DNA of 64,000 bases from an uncultured Hydrogenophaga sp. (GTDB lineage: Bacteria > Pseudomonadota > Gammaproteobacteria > Burkholderiales > Burkholderiaceae_C). The notes under the pieces are model-generated. The model made no database searches. It was not told where the DNA came from and worked only from the letters and a program-made list of their open reading frames with translations. Both the position numbers and the translations under genes were made by a program. Below, in pieces: positions 9,454-18,263 of this stretch. How positions within the stretch are numbered: position 1 is the stretch's first letter; each line of letters opens with the position of its first letter. The stretch covers positions 33,831 to 97,830 of the forward strand of contig CAYNGJ010000015.1 in assembly GCA_964396895.1 (NCBI GenBank), written 5' to 3'.

Positions 9454-10152
9454 TCAGGCCGGAGCCAGTGGTTGGCGGTGGCGTTTGTACAGGTTGACCA
9501 GGGTCTGGCGCGCGGCTTTCCACCAGGGCCTGGGGGTGGCCAGCCGGTGCAGGGTGTCGGCGTGCCACCGGTGGCTGAGGTAGGTTTCGCGCGGGATGGT
9601 GGTGGCGTGGGGGCTGGCCAGGCCAGGGTCGCTGGTGTAGATTTTGGGAAACACTTGGCGCGCTGCGTGAATCACCCGCCTGTCATAACCACCATAAGGA
9701 AGTGCCACGGCGTCTATGGGACTGCCGCCCAGGGTGTGACTGAGCACGTCACGCGCTTGCACCACCTCTTGGTGAATGGCCTGGTCATCGGCCAGCGTCC
9801 GCCAATTGGTGTGGGCCCACCCATGGCTGCCAATGGACATGCCTGCGTCGCTCAGCTGGCGGACCTGATCCGCATTCAATCGTCCTGGCGCACCCAGCAG
9901 TCCTGCGCACACAAAAAAGGTGGCCGTCAGTCCGCGCGCCTGCAACAGTGGTGCCGCCAGCTCGATGTCGCTGTCAAAGCCGTCGTCGAATGTGATTTCG
10001 ATGGAGGTCCCGGTGTCTGCGGACACCCGGGGAATGCTGTCCAAAATGGCGGTGAACTCGGGCACAGGGCACCAATGCTGCCGCTCGGCCTCGTCCCGCC
10101 AATGTGAGCGTTCACCAATGCCGTGAAAACACAGCACAAGCCGACGGTTCAA
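9454..10152 (-). CDS. polysaccharide deacetylase (NodB-homology) family protein
   Basis: It has the TFDDG motif and HGWAH. The start codon is TTG. Confidence 0.75.
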   Translation of the reverse strand: MNRRLVLCFHGIGERSHWRDEAERQHWCPVPEFTAILDSIPRVSADTGTSIEITFDDGFDSDIELAAPLLQARGLTATFFVCAGLLGAPGRLNADQVRQLSDAGMSIGSHGWAHTNWRTLADDQAIHQEVVQARDVLSHTLGGSPIDAVALPYGGYDRRVIHAARQVFPKIYTSDPGLASPHATTIPRETYLSHRWHADTLHRLATPRPWWKAARQTLVNLYKRHRQPLAPA

Positions 10153-10184
10153 TGTTGTCTCCCTGCGTGGCCGTTGCGATGCGC

Positions 10185-10227
10185 AATGTTAACGGAATGT
10201 AAAGCAAATGTTAAGGCAGGCTTAAGG
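10185..10227. promoter_or_regulatory. four helically phased (11-bp period) GTWAA/AATGTWAA repeats in the deacetylase-lemA divergent intergenic region
   Basis: AATGTTAA is at 10185, AATGTAAA at 10196 and AATGTTAA at 10207, followed by CTTAAGG at 10221. The spacing is exactly 11 bp. Confidence 0.5.
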
Positions 10228-10315
10228 ACTTGCCAGGGGCCGTGGAGCACGGCTTCTGGCGGGGTGCAACGGCTACCATCTCGGCTTTGGTTGGTTTGTG
10301 TTTTAAGGGGATGTC

Positions 10316-10924
10316 ATGCGCACTCAACTGCAACGGGTATTGACTTTGCTGGCCTCACTGGCCCTGGCCACCAGCCTGGTGGGTTGTGGCTACAACGACT
10401 TCCAGCGCCTGGACGAAGAGAGCGTGTCCGCCTGGTCCGAAGTGCTCAACCAGTATCAGCGGCGCGCGGACCTGATTCCCAACATTGTGGCCACCGTCAA
10501 GGGCGAGGCCAACTTCGAACAGGACACCCTGACCAAGGTGGTGGAGGCGCGTGCCAAGGCCACGTCCATTCAGGTCACGCCAGAGACCCTGAACGACCCC
10601 GCCGCCATGCAGAAATTTCAGGCGTCGCAGTCGGAGCTCTCGGGTGCGCTCAGCCGCCTGATGGTGGTGGTGGAGCAATACCCCAACCTCAAGGCCAACC
10701 AAGGTTTCAGCGACCTGCGCGTGCAACTGGAGGGCACCGAAAATCGCATCACCGTGGCGCGCAACCGGTACATCCAATCGGTGCAGGCCTACAACGTGCT
10801 CGCCCGCAGTTTCCCGTCCAACCTCACGGCCATGGTGCTGGGTTACCAACCCAAGGTCAATTTCCAGGTGGCCAACGAGGCCGCCATTGCCGCACCGCCC
10901 GTGGTGGACTTCAACAAAAAGTGA
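10316..10924 (+). CDS. lemA: LemA family lipoprotein
   Basis: It has a lipobox (LVGCG) and the LemA core (AWSEVLNQYQRRADLIPNIVATVKGEANFEQDTL..VEARAKAT). Confidence 0.9.
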   Translation: MRTQLQRVLTLLASLALATSLVGCGYNDFQRLDEESVSAWSEVLNQYQRRADLIPNIVATVKGEANFEQDTLTKVVEARAKATSIQVTPETLNDPAAMQKFQASQSELSGALSRLMVVVEQYPNLKANQGFSDLRVQLEGTENRITVARNRYIQSVQAYNVLARSFPSNLTAMVLGYQPKVNFQVANEAAIAAPPVVDFNKK

Positions 10925-10939
10925 CAGCTTGAGCCCTGA

Positions 10940-11923
10940 TTGGCCTCCATGAACGCCGTTGCTGCGTCCCGCCGCCCAAGCCCACGGTCTGTGGCCGGGA
11001 TGGCAACGAGCAGGCGCGTGGGTTGGGTGTGGGCAGTGTGTTGCTGGTGGTTGCTGCTGTGCGTGCCCCTGGGCACGTGCGCACAGGATTTGCTGCCGGT
11101 GCCCCCCCTCACCGCCAGGGTACTGGACCAGACCGCCACTTTGGAGTCCGGTGCACTGGCCAACATCGAGGCCAAGCTGGCGGACTTCGAGCGCACCCAG
11201 GGCACGCAGGTGGTCGTGGTGATGGTGGCCACCACCTTACCCGAGGACATTGCCGATTTCACCCAACGCCTGGGCGACGCCTGGAATATTGGCCGCCCTG
11301 GTGTGGGCGATGGGTTGTTGCTGGTGGTGGCCAAAGATGACCGTCGATTTCGCATTGCCACCTCCAAAGCGCTGGAAGGTGCCATTCCGGACGTGTTGGC
11401 CAAGCGCATCCTGGACGATGCGGTGAAGCCCGCTTTCCGACGGGGTGATTTTGCCGGGGGCATTCTGGCGGGCCTGGATCAGCTGATGGCCCACATCGGG
11501 GGTGAGGGCTTGCCACCGCCCGCCACACACGCGTCCACCGCTGGTAACGATGTGGACTGGGCCGATGCGCTGATTATTCTGGTGTTTGCAGTGCCGCTGA
11601 TGTCGTCGGTGCTGCGCGGCCTGCTGGGCAACAAGCTGGGGCTGGTGGCCGGTGGCGCAGGCGCGGCGGTATTGGCTTGGGCCATCACCGGGGTGTGGTG
11701 GCTGGCACTGGGTGCGGGTGTATTGGCCATGGTGGTCGGTTTGTTCTCATCGGCATTGCCGTCACCGTCGGTTCGCCGCGGGCGGCGTGTCAGGCAGTCC
11801 TCCGACTGGCCTGGTGGTTGGGGTGGCGGCAGCTCCAGCGGCGGTGGCTGGGGTGATGGTGGCGGTTTCAGCTCGGGCGGTGGCGGCGATTTCGGCGGCG
11901 GTGGTGCGTCGGGTGACTGGTGA
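10940..11923 (+). CDS. TPM-domain (YgcG-like) membrane protein with a Gly-rich tail
   Basis: Supporting sequence is LTARVLDQTATL..IEAKLADFERTQGTQVVVVMV..DDRRFRIATSKALEGAIPD, followed by TM segments and a GGW/GGG tail. The start may instead be the Met at 11000. Confidence 0.85.
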   Translation: MASMNAVAASRRPSPRSVAGMATSRRVGWVWAVCCWWLLLCVPLGTCAQDLLPVPPLTARVLDQTATLESGALANIEAKLADFERTQGTQVVVVMVATTLPEDIADFTQRLGDAWNIGRPGVGDGLLLVVAKDDRRFRIATSKALEGAIPDVLAKRILDDAVKPAFRRGDFAGGILAGLDQLMAHIGGEGLPPPATHASTAGNDVDWADALIILVFAVPLMSSVLRGLLGNKLGLVAGGAGAAVLAWAITGVWWLALGAGVLAMVVGLFSSALPSPSVRRGRRVRQSSDWPGGWGGGSSSGGGWGDGGGFSSGGGGDFGGGGASGDW

Positions 11924-11936
11924 TGGAATCCATGGC

Positions 11937-12464
11937 ATGAACAAGTGGCTCAGGCTCATCAGACACCGCTGGATGGATGTCAGCGACACCCGTCGCACCG
12001 TGCCCGACGACATGGCCACCCGACTGGCCACCTGGGTGGCCGCCAGCGAGCAGCGCCACACCGGCCAGATTCGGCTCTGTGTGGAAAGTGCCCTGCCCAC
12101 CAGCTATTTGTGGCGCGTGGGTCAGGTCACACCCCTGCCCGCGGTGGTGCGCCAGCGCGCCTTGGCTTGGTTTGGCCGTTTGCGGGTGTGGGACACCGAA
12201 CGCAACAACGGGGTGTTGATTTACCTGTTGCTCGCCGAGCGTGCCATTGAGTTGGTGGCTGATAGGGGCTTGGCCAGCCGTGTGCCCACTGCCCAGTGGC
12301 AAGCCATGGTGAACGGATTGAGCACCTGTTTGCAGCAAGGGGATGTGGAGGATGGCTTGACCCAAGCCTTGGGCGAGGTGTCAGCCGTCTTGGTGGAGCA
12401 CTTTCCCACAGAGGGGGCGGCGCCTCGGGTCAATGAGCTGCCGGATGTGGTTGTGCGGGTGTGA
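11937..12464 (+). CDS. TPM-domain protein (third gene of the LemA-TPM-TPM module)
   Basis: Starts at ATG 11937 (MNKWLRLIRHRW...). GQIRLCVE..RVWDTERNNGVLIYLLLAERAIELVADRG is typical of this family. Confidence 0.8.
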   Translation: MNKWLRLIRHRWMDVSDTRRTVPDDMATRLATWVAASEQRHTGQIRLCVESALPTSYLWRVGQVTPLPAVVRQRALAWFGRLRVWDTERNNGVLIYLLLAERAIELVADRGLASRVPTAQWQAMVNGLSTCLQQGDVEDGLTQALGEVSAVLVEHFPTEGAAPRVNELPDVVVRV

Positions 12465-12518
12465 CACCGCAGTGGCCCCGATGAAGGTGGTGCGCGCAAC
12501 AGTCGCTCACCTGTTGTT

Positions 12519-12591
12519 TTGCTGCACTGCAACAAATTTCTTGCATTGAGCAGGGTTTTCCCTATAATAGAGCCATTGCTGCACTGCAACA
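12519..12591 (+). promoter_or_regulatory. phasin promoter (TTGCAT-16 nt-TATAAT) bracketed by two identical 16-mers, TTGCTGCACTGCAACA (candidate PhaR-type operators)
   Basis: The 16-mers are at 12519-12534 and 12576-12591. The -35 is at 12541-12546 and the -10 at 12563-12568. Each 16-mer is an imperfect inverted repeat (TTGcTGCA-c-TGCAaCAA). Confidence 0.7.
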
Positions 12592-12641
12592 TAGCGCAGC
12601 ATCCTCCAATCCCTGTCACCACGTCCAAGAAGGAAATCACC

Positions 12642-13187
12642 ATGTTGATCAATGCCGAACAAATCACTTCCGCCACCCAAGCCAACCTCGATGCCGCCCA
12701 AGGCATGTCTGCCAAGGCCTACACCGGCTTTGAAAAACTGGTAGAGCTCAACATGACCGCCGCCAAGGCCGTCATGACCGAATCGTTTGCCCACGCCCAG
12801 GCCCTGCTGGCCGCCAAAGACCCCCAGCAGGTCCTGGCCCTGCAAACCGGTGTGCTGGCCCCCATGGCTGAAAAGTCTGTGGCTTACGGTCGCCACGTGC
12901 AAGCCATCGTCACCGATGCCAACGCCGACTTCACCAAAGCGGTGGAAGGCAAGGCTGCTGAAGGCCAGAAAGCCATGAGCCAAGTGATGGACAACATCAC
13001 CAAAAATGCGCCCGCCGGTTCCGAGCCTGCAGTGGCTGCCCTGAAATCGGCACTGGCCACCAGCCAGAACGCGATGGAAGCCGCTCAGAAAGCCGCCAAG
13101 CAGGTGGTCAACATGGCCGAAGCCAATGTGGCGGCCGCCACCAAGCAGGTGTTGAGCGCTGCTCAGACCGTGTCCAGCAAGGCTTAA
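12642..13187 (+). CDS. phaP: phasin (PHA granule-associated protein)
   Basis: Starts at ATG 12642 after GAAGGAAA. The sequence is Ala/Gln/Lys-rich and helical (MLINAEQITSATQANLDAAQGMSAKAYTGFEKLVELNMTAAKA...), typical of betaproteobacterial phasins. Confidence 0.85.
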   Translation: MLINAEQITSATQANLDAAQGMSAKAYTGFEKLVELNMTAAKAVMTESFAHAQALLAAKDPQQVLALQTGVLAPMAEKSVAYGRHVQAIVTDANADFTKAVEGKAAEGQKAMSQVMDNITKNAPAGSEPAVAALKSALATSQNAMEAAQKAAKQVVNMAEANVAAATKQVLSAAQTVSSKA

Positions 13188-13217
13188 TGCCCTGCAGGGT
13201 GTACCTTGCACCCCACC

Positions 13218-13243
13218 AAAAGGCTCCTTCGGGAGCCTTTTTT
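13218..13243 (+). terminator. rho-independent terminator after the phasin gene
   Basis: AGGCTCC-TTCG-GGAGCCT followed by TTTTT. Confidence 0.85.
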
Positions 13244-13312
13244 CATGGGCCATTCCAATCCCCAGCCTGCCACCAGGGACGCATGAATGAGTTCATGGTG
13301 TTGCAGGATATT

Positions 13313-13354
13313 TTATTTGCGCAAATAAGCATTGGGTTATTGATGCGCATCAAT
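13313..13354. promoter_or_regulatory. two perfect 16-bp palindromes; the second is a perfect FNR/CRP-family box
   Basis: TTATTTGCGCAAATAA is at 13313-13328 and ATTGATGCGCATCAAT at 13339-13354. The latter contains TTGAT-N4-ATCAA. The centres are 26 bp apart, and the FNR-type box is centred 68 nt upstream of the cytochrome c4 ATG. Confidence 0.7.
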
Positions 13355-13414
13355 GGGACGCTGTTGAACGAATTTGACAATGACCGCTGTTCTGGTAACC
13401 AAAGAGGCAAGGTC

Positions 13415-14068
13415 ATGGCGCAGCAAACAAAAGGTTGGCGGGCGAGGGGTGTGTCCGTCGTGTGCACGGGACTGCTGGGGCTCACCCTCACAGGAGGCTC
13501 CCTGGCGCAGAACATGGTGCCTGGAGCCGGCGACGACATTGCCACAGGTGCCCGTCTTGCGGCCGAGCATTGTGCTGCCTGCCACGGTGTGACCGGGCAG
13601 GGTGTGTCGCCTGAATTCCCCAACCTTGCCGGACAGAATGAAAAGTACCTCGCCAAGCAGTTGCGGGATTTTGCCTCCGGCGTTCGGGACAGCACGGTCA
13701 TGGACACCAAGGCAGCGGTGTTGAGTGAGTGTTCTGTGCGGGCTTTGGCCAAGTATTACCAGAGCCAGAAGCCCAAGGTGACGCCTGCCCCAGACCCCAT
13801 GCTGGCCAATGCCGGCGCCTTCGTTTACGAGCGCGGCAACCCCTATTCAGGGCTGCCGGGGTGTGTCGCTTGCCATGGTACGGGCGCACGGGGGAACGCG
13901 GAATTGCCCCGTCTGGCCGGGCAGAGTCCCCGCTACCTCGAGCGACAGCTCCGTTCATTTGCCGACAAATCGCGCGCGAACGACAACTCCATCATGGCCA
14001 CCATTGCCAGCCGATTGAGCGAGATGGAAATGAAGGCCGTGGTGGAATACTTGGGGGCGATGAAATGA
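13415..14068 (+). CDS. dihaem cytochrome c4
   Basis: Starts at ATG 13415 after AGAGG. It has a signal peptide, two CxxCH motifs (CAACH, CVACH) and LAGQ...YL.KQL repeats. Confidence 0.9.
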   Translation: MAQQTKGWRARGVSVVCTGLLGLTLTGGSLAQNMVPGAGDDIATGARLAAEHCAACHGVTGQGVSPEFPNLAGQNEKYLAKQLRDFASGVRDSTVMDTKAAVLSECSVRALAKYYQSQKPKVTPAPDPMLANAGAFVYERGNPYSGLPGCVACHGTGARGNAELPRLAGQSPRYLERQLRSFADKSRANDNSIMATIASRLSEMEMKAVVEYLGAMK

Positions 14069-14667
14069 AACACCAACAGTTTGTACGTACCACCTTGGCT
14101 GGTTGGGCGTTGGTGGGTGTCTGCGCCACGGGATGGGCCATTGATGCCGACTTGGTGCCCGAAGCGAAAAGGTCCGCCTCAGGCTTGCACCTGACCGCCG
14201 TCGAGGCGGCCGCCATGAAACAGGCCAACCCGCAAAAGGTGTTGCTGATCGACATCCGTACCCGAGCTGAGGCGATGTACCTGGGGATGCCCACCTTGGC
14301 CGACTACCTCGTTCCGGTGTTGGATTTCCCGGAGAACTGGGAGTGGAGCACCGATCAGGGCGAGTACTTGCAGCAGGGCAACCCCCACTTTGTCAAAGAC
14401 ATCGAGCAGCGCTTGGCGCAGTCGGGCTTGAGCAAGGATGACCCTGTGATCTTGATCTGCCGTTCGGGCGTGCGCAGCAACAGCGCGTCCGGCTTGCTCA
14501 AGCACTACGGGTTCAAGCAGGCCTACACCGTCATTGACGGTTACGAGGGCGACAAGGCCACCACAGGTCCCGACAAAGGGCAGCGCACGGTCAACGGGTG
14601 GAAAAACGCCAAGCTGCCATGGACCTACAAACTGGACAACAAAAAGGTGTACACGGATCCCATCTGA
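14065..14667 (+). CDS. rhodanese-like domain protein (secreted)
   Basis: Its start overlaps the c4 stop (ATGA). It has a signal peptide, and ILICRSGVRSNSASGLL is a rhodanese active-site loop. Confidence 0.8.
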   Translation: MKHQQFVRTTLAGWALVGVCATGWAIDADLVPEAKRSASGLHLTAVEAAAMKQANPQKVLLIDIRTRAEAMYLGMPTLADYLVPVLDFPENWEWSTDQGEYLQQGNPHFVKDIEQRLAQSGLSKDDPVILICRSGVRSNSASGLLKHYGFKQAYTVIDGYEGDKATTGPDKGQRTVNGWKNAKLPWTYKLDNKKVYTDPI

Positions 14668-14712
14668 CGACCTCACTGCCGCATCTCAGGCGGATGCTTG
14701 CACCGATCCAAT

Positions 14713-14738
14713 AAAAAAGAGGCTCTGGCCTCTTTTTT
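14713..14738. terminator. bidirectional intrinsic terminator
   Basis: AAAAAAGAGGC-TCTG-GCCTCTTTTTT lies between convergent genes. Confidence 0.85.
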
Positions 14739-15333
14739 ATTTCTGCAGGGCGTCAAATCGGACGGTGCGGATGTCTGTTTCCACGCCGTCCACCCGCCTG
14801 GCGCCATTGAAGCGCTTGGTCCAGTACGCGGCGCGCATGTCCTCCACCCGTACACGTGCACCGGAGCGTGGTGCGTGGATGAATTTTCCCTCTCCCACAT
14901 AGATGCCGACGTGACTGAACGCGCGACGCATGGTGTTGAAAAACACCAAGTCACCGGGTCGGAGTTCGTCACGGCTGATGGCCGTGGTGGCCCTGGCCTG
15001 TTCTTCCGCCCGCCGGGGCAGCACCAAGCCAATGGTCTGCTCGTACATGGAGCGCACAAAACCGCTGCAATCAAATCCGACGGATGCATCCGAACCACCC
15101 CTTTTGTAGGGCACTCCCAAAAATCCCATGGCAGTCATGACCAGGTCTGATGCGGTGGAGGCAACGCTGTCCCGCAATTCGGTGGCCCGAACCAGCAGGC
15201 CTCTCTCGGCCAACACCTGCTCCATGGCGGTGTTGGGTGCAGGCGAGGCCAATGTGAGCACGCTCGAACTGGCCAGCAGGCAGGCCAAGAACAGTTTCAG
15301 GGTGGTGCGTAGACGACGATTCAACACATTCAT
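14737..15333 (-). CDS. NlpC/P60 (C40) family peptidoglycan peptidase
   Basis: It has a signal peptide, then YKRGGSDASVGFDCSGFV (catalytic Cys) and HVGIYVGEGKFIHAP (His). Confidence 0.9.
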   Translation of the reverse strand: MNVLNRRLRTTLKLFLACLLASSSVLTLASPAPNTAMEQVLAERGLLVRATELRDSVASTASDLVMTAMGFLGVPYKRGGSDASVGFDCSGFVRSMYEQTIGLVLPRRAEEQARATTAISRDELRPGDLVFFNTMRRAFSHVGIYVGEGKFIHAPRSGARVRVEDMRAAYWTKRFNGARRVDGVETDIRTVRFDALQK

Positions 15334-15474
15334 GCGTGGTCAAAGTGGGTGGGTTGTGTCCCGTCAAGACGGAGCACAACCACGAAAGAAGGGATTTGAA
15401 CCTCACCTTGCGGATGAGACAAAACCCCCGCACTATATATTGATGTCTGTACCAGCCCTCTCAATAGGAACCCT

Positions 15475-16077
15475 ATGCTGATCGAAGTCACCGAAAGTCA
15501 AGTCGTTTTGATCGACTACCAAAGCAAACTCATGCCCGCCATTCAGGACGGAGCGGCGACTTTGGCCAATGCGCACAAGTTGGCGCAAGCCGCGCGTTGG
15601 CTGGACGTGCCGGTCTGGGGCACCGAACAAAACCCAGAGCGCCTGGGGTTCAATGACGCCGAACTCAAAGCCTTGTGCCGTACCACGTTGCCCAAAATGC
15701 ACTTCAGCGCTGCCGACGCAGGCTTGGTTGACGTGCTGCGCCCGCCGGTCAAGCCTGCATCGGGCAACGCCCGCAGCTTGCCCAAGCATTTGCAAAAGCC
15801 CGCAGTGGCCTCGCCCGAGCGAAACACCATACTGATGGCTGGCTGTGAAGCCCATGTGTGCCTGCTGCAATCCGCCTTGTTGTTGCTGGAGGATGAGTTT
15901 GATGTGTGGGTCGTCACGGATGCCTGTGGTTCCCGCACAGAGCGCAACCGCGATGCAGCCTTCGACCGGTTGGCCGGTGCCGGTGCCGAGTTGGTGACCA
16001 CGGAAATGGTGTTGTTCGAGTGGCTGCGGTCTTGCGAGCACCCCCGTTTCAAGGAAATGCTCTCACTCATCAAGTGA
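15475..16077 (+). CDS. isochorismatase-family hydrolase
   Basis: Supporting motifs are VVLIDYQ and ILMAGCEAHVCLLQSALLL, in the usual family layout. Confidence 0.8.
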   Translation: MLIEVTESQVVLIDYQSKLMPAIQDGAATLANAHKLAQAARWLDVPVWGTEQNPERLGFNDAELKALCRTTLPKMHFSAADAGLVDVLRPPVKPASGNARSLPKHLQKPAVASPERNTILMAGCEAHVCLLQSALLLLEDEFDVWVVTDACGSRTERNRDAAFDRLAGAGAELVTTEMVLFEWLRSCEHPRFKEMLSLIK

Positions 16078-16100
16078 GTTCGCGGGTTGGTTTCGTCAGT

Positions 16101-16140
16101 TAGCAGCAAGCGCTGTTATCCATAATTATGAATTCAATTT
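16101..16140 (-). repeat. degenerate or internally deleted copy (R2) of the AT-rich repeat
   Basis: The reverse complement reads ..GGATAACAGCGCTTGCTGCTA. It keeps the AGCGCTT core and the GCTA end but lacks the middle. Confidence 0.35.
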
Positions 16141-16161
16141 AGGCCTGAGAGGAGACCTCAC

Positions 16162-18057
16162 ATGAGCAACTATGCCGATTTTTTCCGTCGCTCCGTGGAT
16201 GACAGAGATGGGTTCTGGCGCGAGCAGGCCCAATTGATCGACTGGCACAAGCCATTCGAGCAGGTGTGTGACTACACCAACCCCCCGTTTGCCAAGTGGT
16301 TCGCTGGTGGCGAAACCAACCTGTGCCACAACGCCGTGGACCGCCACTTGGCCACGCGCCCCGACCAGAATGCGCTGGTGTTTGTCTCCACTGAGACCAA
16401 CACCGAAATTGCCTACAGTTTTCGCGAACTGCACGCAGAAGTTCAGCGCATGGCAGCCATCCTGAAAGCGCTGGGCGTGGTCAAGGGTGACCGCGTGTTG
16501 ATCTACATGCCCATGATTGCTGAGGCCTGCTTTGCCATGTTGGCCTGCGCGCGCATTGGGGCGGTTCATTCTGTCGTCTTCGGCGGCTTCGCCAGCCATG
16601 CACTGGCCAGTCGCATCGACGATGCCAAACCCACCGTCATCGTCAGTGCCGACGCGGGCATGCGGGGTGGCAAGGTGGTGCCCTACAAGCACCTGTTGGA
16701 CGCAGCCATTGAGCTCGCCGCGCACAAGCCCGCCAAGGTCTTGATGGTCAACCGTGGCCTGGCCGATCTGTCGCCCGTGGATGGTCGAGACGCAGATTAC
16801 GCCAGCCTGCGTCAAACCCATCTGGACACGGTGGTGCCTTGCGAGTGGCTGGACAGCACGCACCCCAGCTACATCCTCTACACCAGCGGCACCACGGGTA
16901 AGCCCAAAGGGGTGCAGCGCGACACCGCTGGCTACGCGGTCGCCCTGGCGGCATCCATGAAGCACATCTACATGGGCGAACCGGGTGAAACCTACTTCAG
17001 CACCAGCGACATCGGCTGGGTGGTCGGACACAGTTACATCATTTATGGACCGCTGATCAACGGCATGGCCACCATCATGTACGAGGGCCTGCCCATCCGC
17101 CCCGACGCGGGTATCTGGTGGAGTTTGGTCGAGAAATACAAAGTCAGCGTCATGTTCAGTGCACCCACAGCCGCCAGGGTGCTGAAGAAGCAAGATCCCG
17201 CCTTCCTGACGAAGTACGACCTGTCCAGCCTGAAAGCGCTCTTTCTCGCAGGCGAGCCGCTGGACGAGCCCACCGCCACCTGGATTTCCGATGCCATCAG
17301 CAAACCCATCATTGACAACTACTGGCAAACGGAAACGGGCTGGCCCATCATGGCCATTTGCAATGGCGTGGAGAAAGCGCCCACCAAATTCGGCTCCCCC
17401 GGCAAAGCGGTTTACGGTTTTGATGTGCGCCTGATCGACGAAGCCACGGGTGAGGAAATCAATGAGCCCAACAAGAAAGGTGTCATTGCTGTGGAGGGGC
17501 CGTTGCCCCCAGGTTGCCTGCAAACCATTTGGGGCGACGATGAGCGCTATGTGAAGACCTATTGGTCCAGCATCCACCAGCGCATGATGTACAGCACCTT
17601 TGACTGGGGTGTGAAAGATGCAGACGGTTACTTTTTCATCTTGGGGCGCACCGACGATGTCATCAACGTTGCTGGACACCGCCTTGGCACCCGCGAGATC
17701 GAGGAAAGCATTTCCAGCCACCCCAACGTCGCTGAGGTGGCTGTGGTGGGCATCGCCGACCAACTCAAGGGTCAAGTGGCGGTGGCATTTGCCGTGCTCA
17801 AAGACCCCAGCGTGGCTGCCAGCGATGCAGACGCGCTGAAATTGGAAGGCGCCATCATGAAGGTGGTGGACGACCAACTGGGCGCGGTGGCCCGTCCGGC
17901 CAGGGTGCGTTTCGTACCGGTGTTGCCCAAAACCCGCAGCGGCAAGCTGTTGCGCCGGGCCATTCAAGCGGTGTGTGAGGGTCGCGACGCCGGCGACCTG
18001 ACCACCATGGAAGACCCCGCCGCCCTTCAGCAAATCAAGGATTCGGTCGTTCGCTGA
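16162..18057 (+). CDS. prpE: propionate--CoA ligase (acyl/acetyl-CoA synthetase family)
   Basis: The 631-aa length and the N-terminus MSNYADFFRRSV..FWREQAQLIDWHKPF..PPFAKWFAGGETNLCHNAVDRHL match the PrpE type. It also has YTSGTTGKPKG and a conserved C-terminal Lys region (PKTRSGKLLRR). Confidence 0.8.
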   Translation: MSNYADFFRRSVDDRDGFWREQAQLIDWHKPFEQVCDYTNPPFAKWFAGGETNLCHNAVDRHLATRPDQNALVFVSTETNTEIAYSFRELHAEVQRMAAILKALGVVKGDRVLIYMPMIAEACFAMLACARIGAVHSVVFGGFASHALASRIDDAKPTVIVSADAGMRGGKVVPYKHLLDAAIELAAHKPAKVLMVNRGLADLSPVDGRDADYASLRQTHLDTVVPCEWLDSTHPSYILYTSGTTGKPKGVQRDTAGYAVALAASMKHIYMGEPGETYFSTSDIGWVVGHSYIIYGPLINGMATIMYEGLPIRPDAGIWWSLVEKYKVSVMFSAPTAARVLKKQDPAFLTKYDLSSLKALFLAGEPLDEPTATWISDAISKPIIDNYWQTETGWPIMAICNGVEKAPTKFGSPGKAVYGFDVRLIDEATGEEINEPNKKGVIAVEGPLPPGCLQTIWGDDERYVKTYWSSIHQRMMYSTFDWGVKDADGYFFILGRTDDVINVAGHRLGTREIEESISSHPNVAEVAVVGIADQLKGQVAVAFAVLKDPSVAASDADALKLEGAIMKVVDDQLGAVARPARVRFVPVLPKTRSGKLLRRAIQAVCEGRDAGDLTTMEDPAALQQIKDSVVR

Positions 18058-18067
18058 ATTTATTGAT

Positions 18068-18122
18068 AAAAATGGCACCTGTCGCTTACGAAATAAGCTT
18101 CAGGTGCTTTTTTATTGGTAGC
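18068..18122 (+). repeat. AT-rich repeat copy R3, folded as a hairpin plus T-run (a likely terminator for prpE)
   Basis: AAAAATGGCACCTGTCGCTTACGAAATAAGCTTCAGGTGCTTTTTTATTGGTAGC. The stem is GCACCTG/CAGGTGC (18075-18107) and T6 follows. Confidence 0.7.
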
Positions 18123-18263
18123 ATTGATGTGTCGTGATTTGCACGGATATGTTTCCCGGTGTGCGTAAGGGTTGCACCGATGTCCCAAGGGTAAGTGCCC
18201 GCATTCGGTCCGCTCGATGAGCGTTATGATGGTTGCTTATATATGTAACCCAGAGTTATCCAT

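Noticed and set aside
16126-18078. A 650-aa minus-strand ORF covering the whole prpE locus.
   Set aside because: It mirrors a strongly conserved + strand gene. Its composition is Gly/His/Arg/Val-rich with no recognisable motifs. This is the typical antisense open frame of high-GC DNA.
16114-18263. A shared 10-mer, GTTATCCATA, upstream of prpE (16114) and of the ArsR gene (18254), as a possible common operator.
   Set aside because: A single 10-mer match between AT-rich spacers is expected by chance at this window size. There is no extended or palindromic similarity around it.
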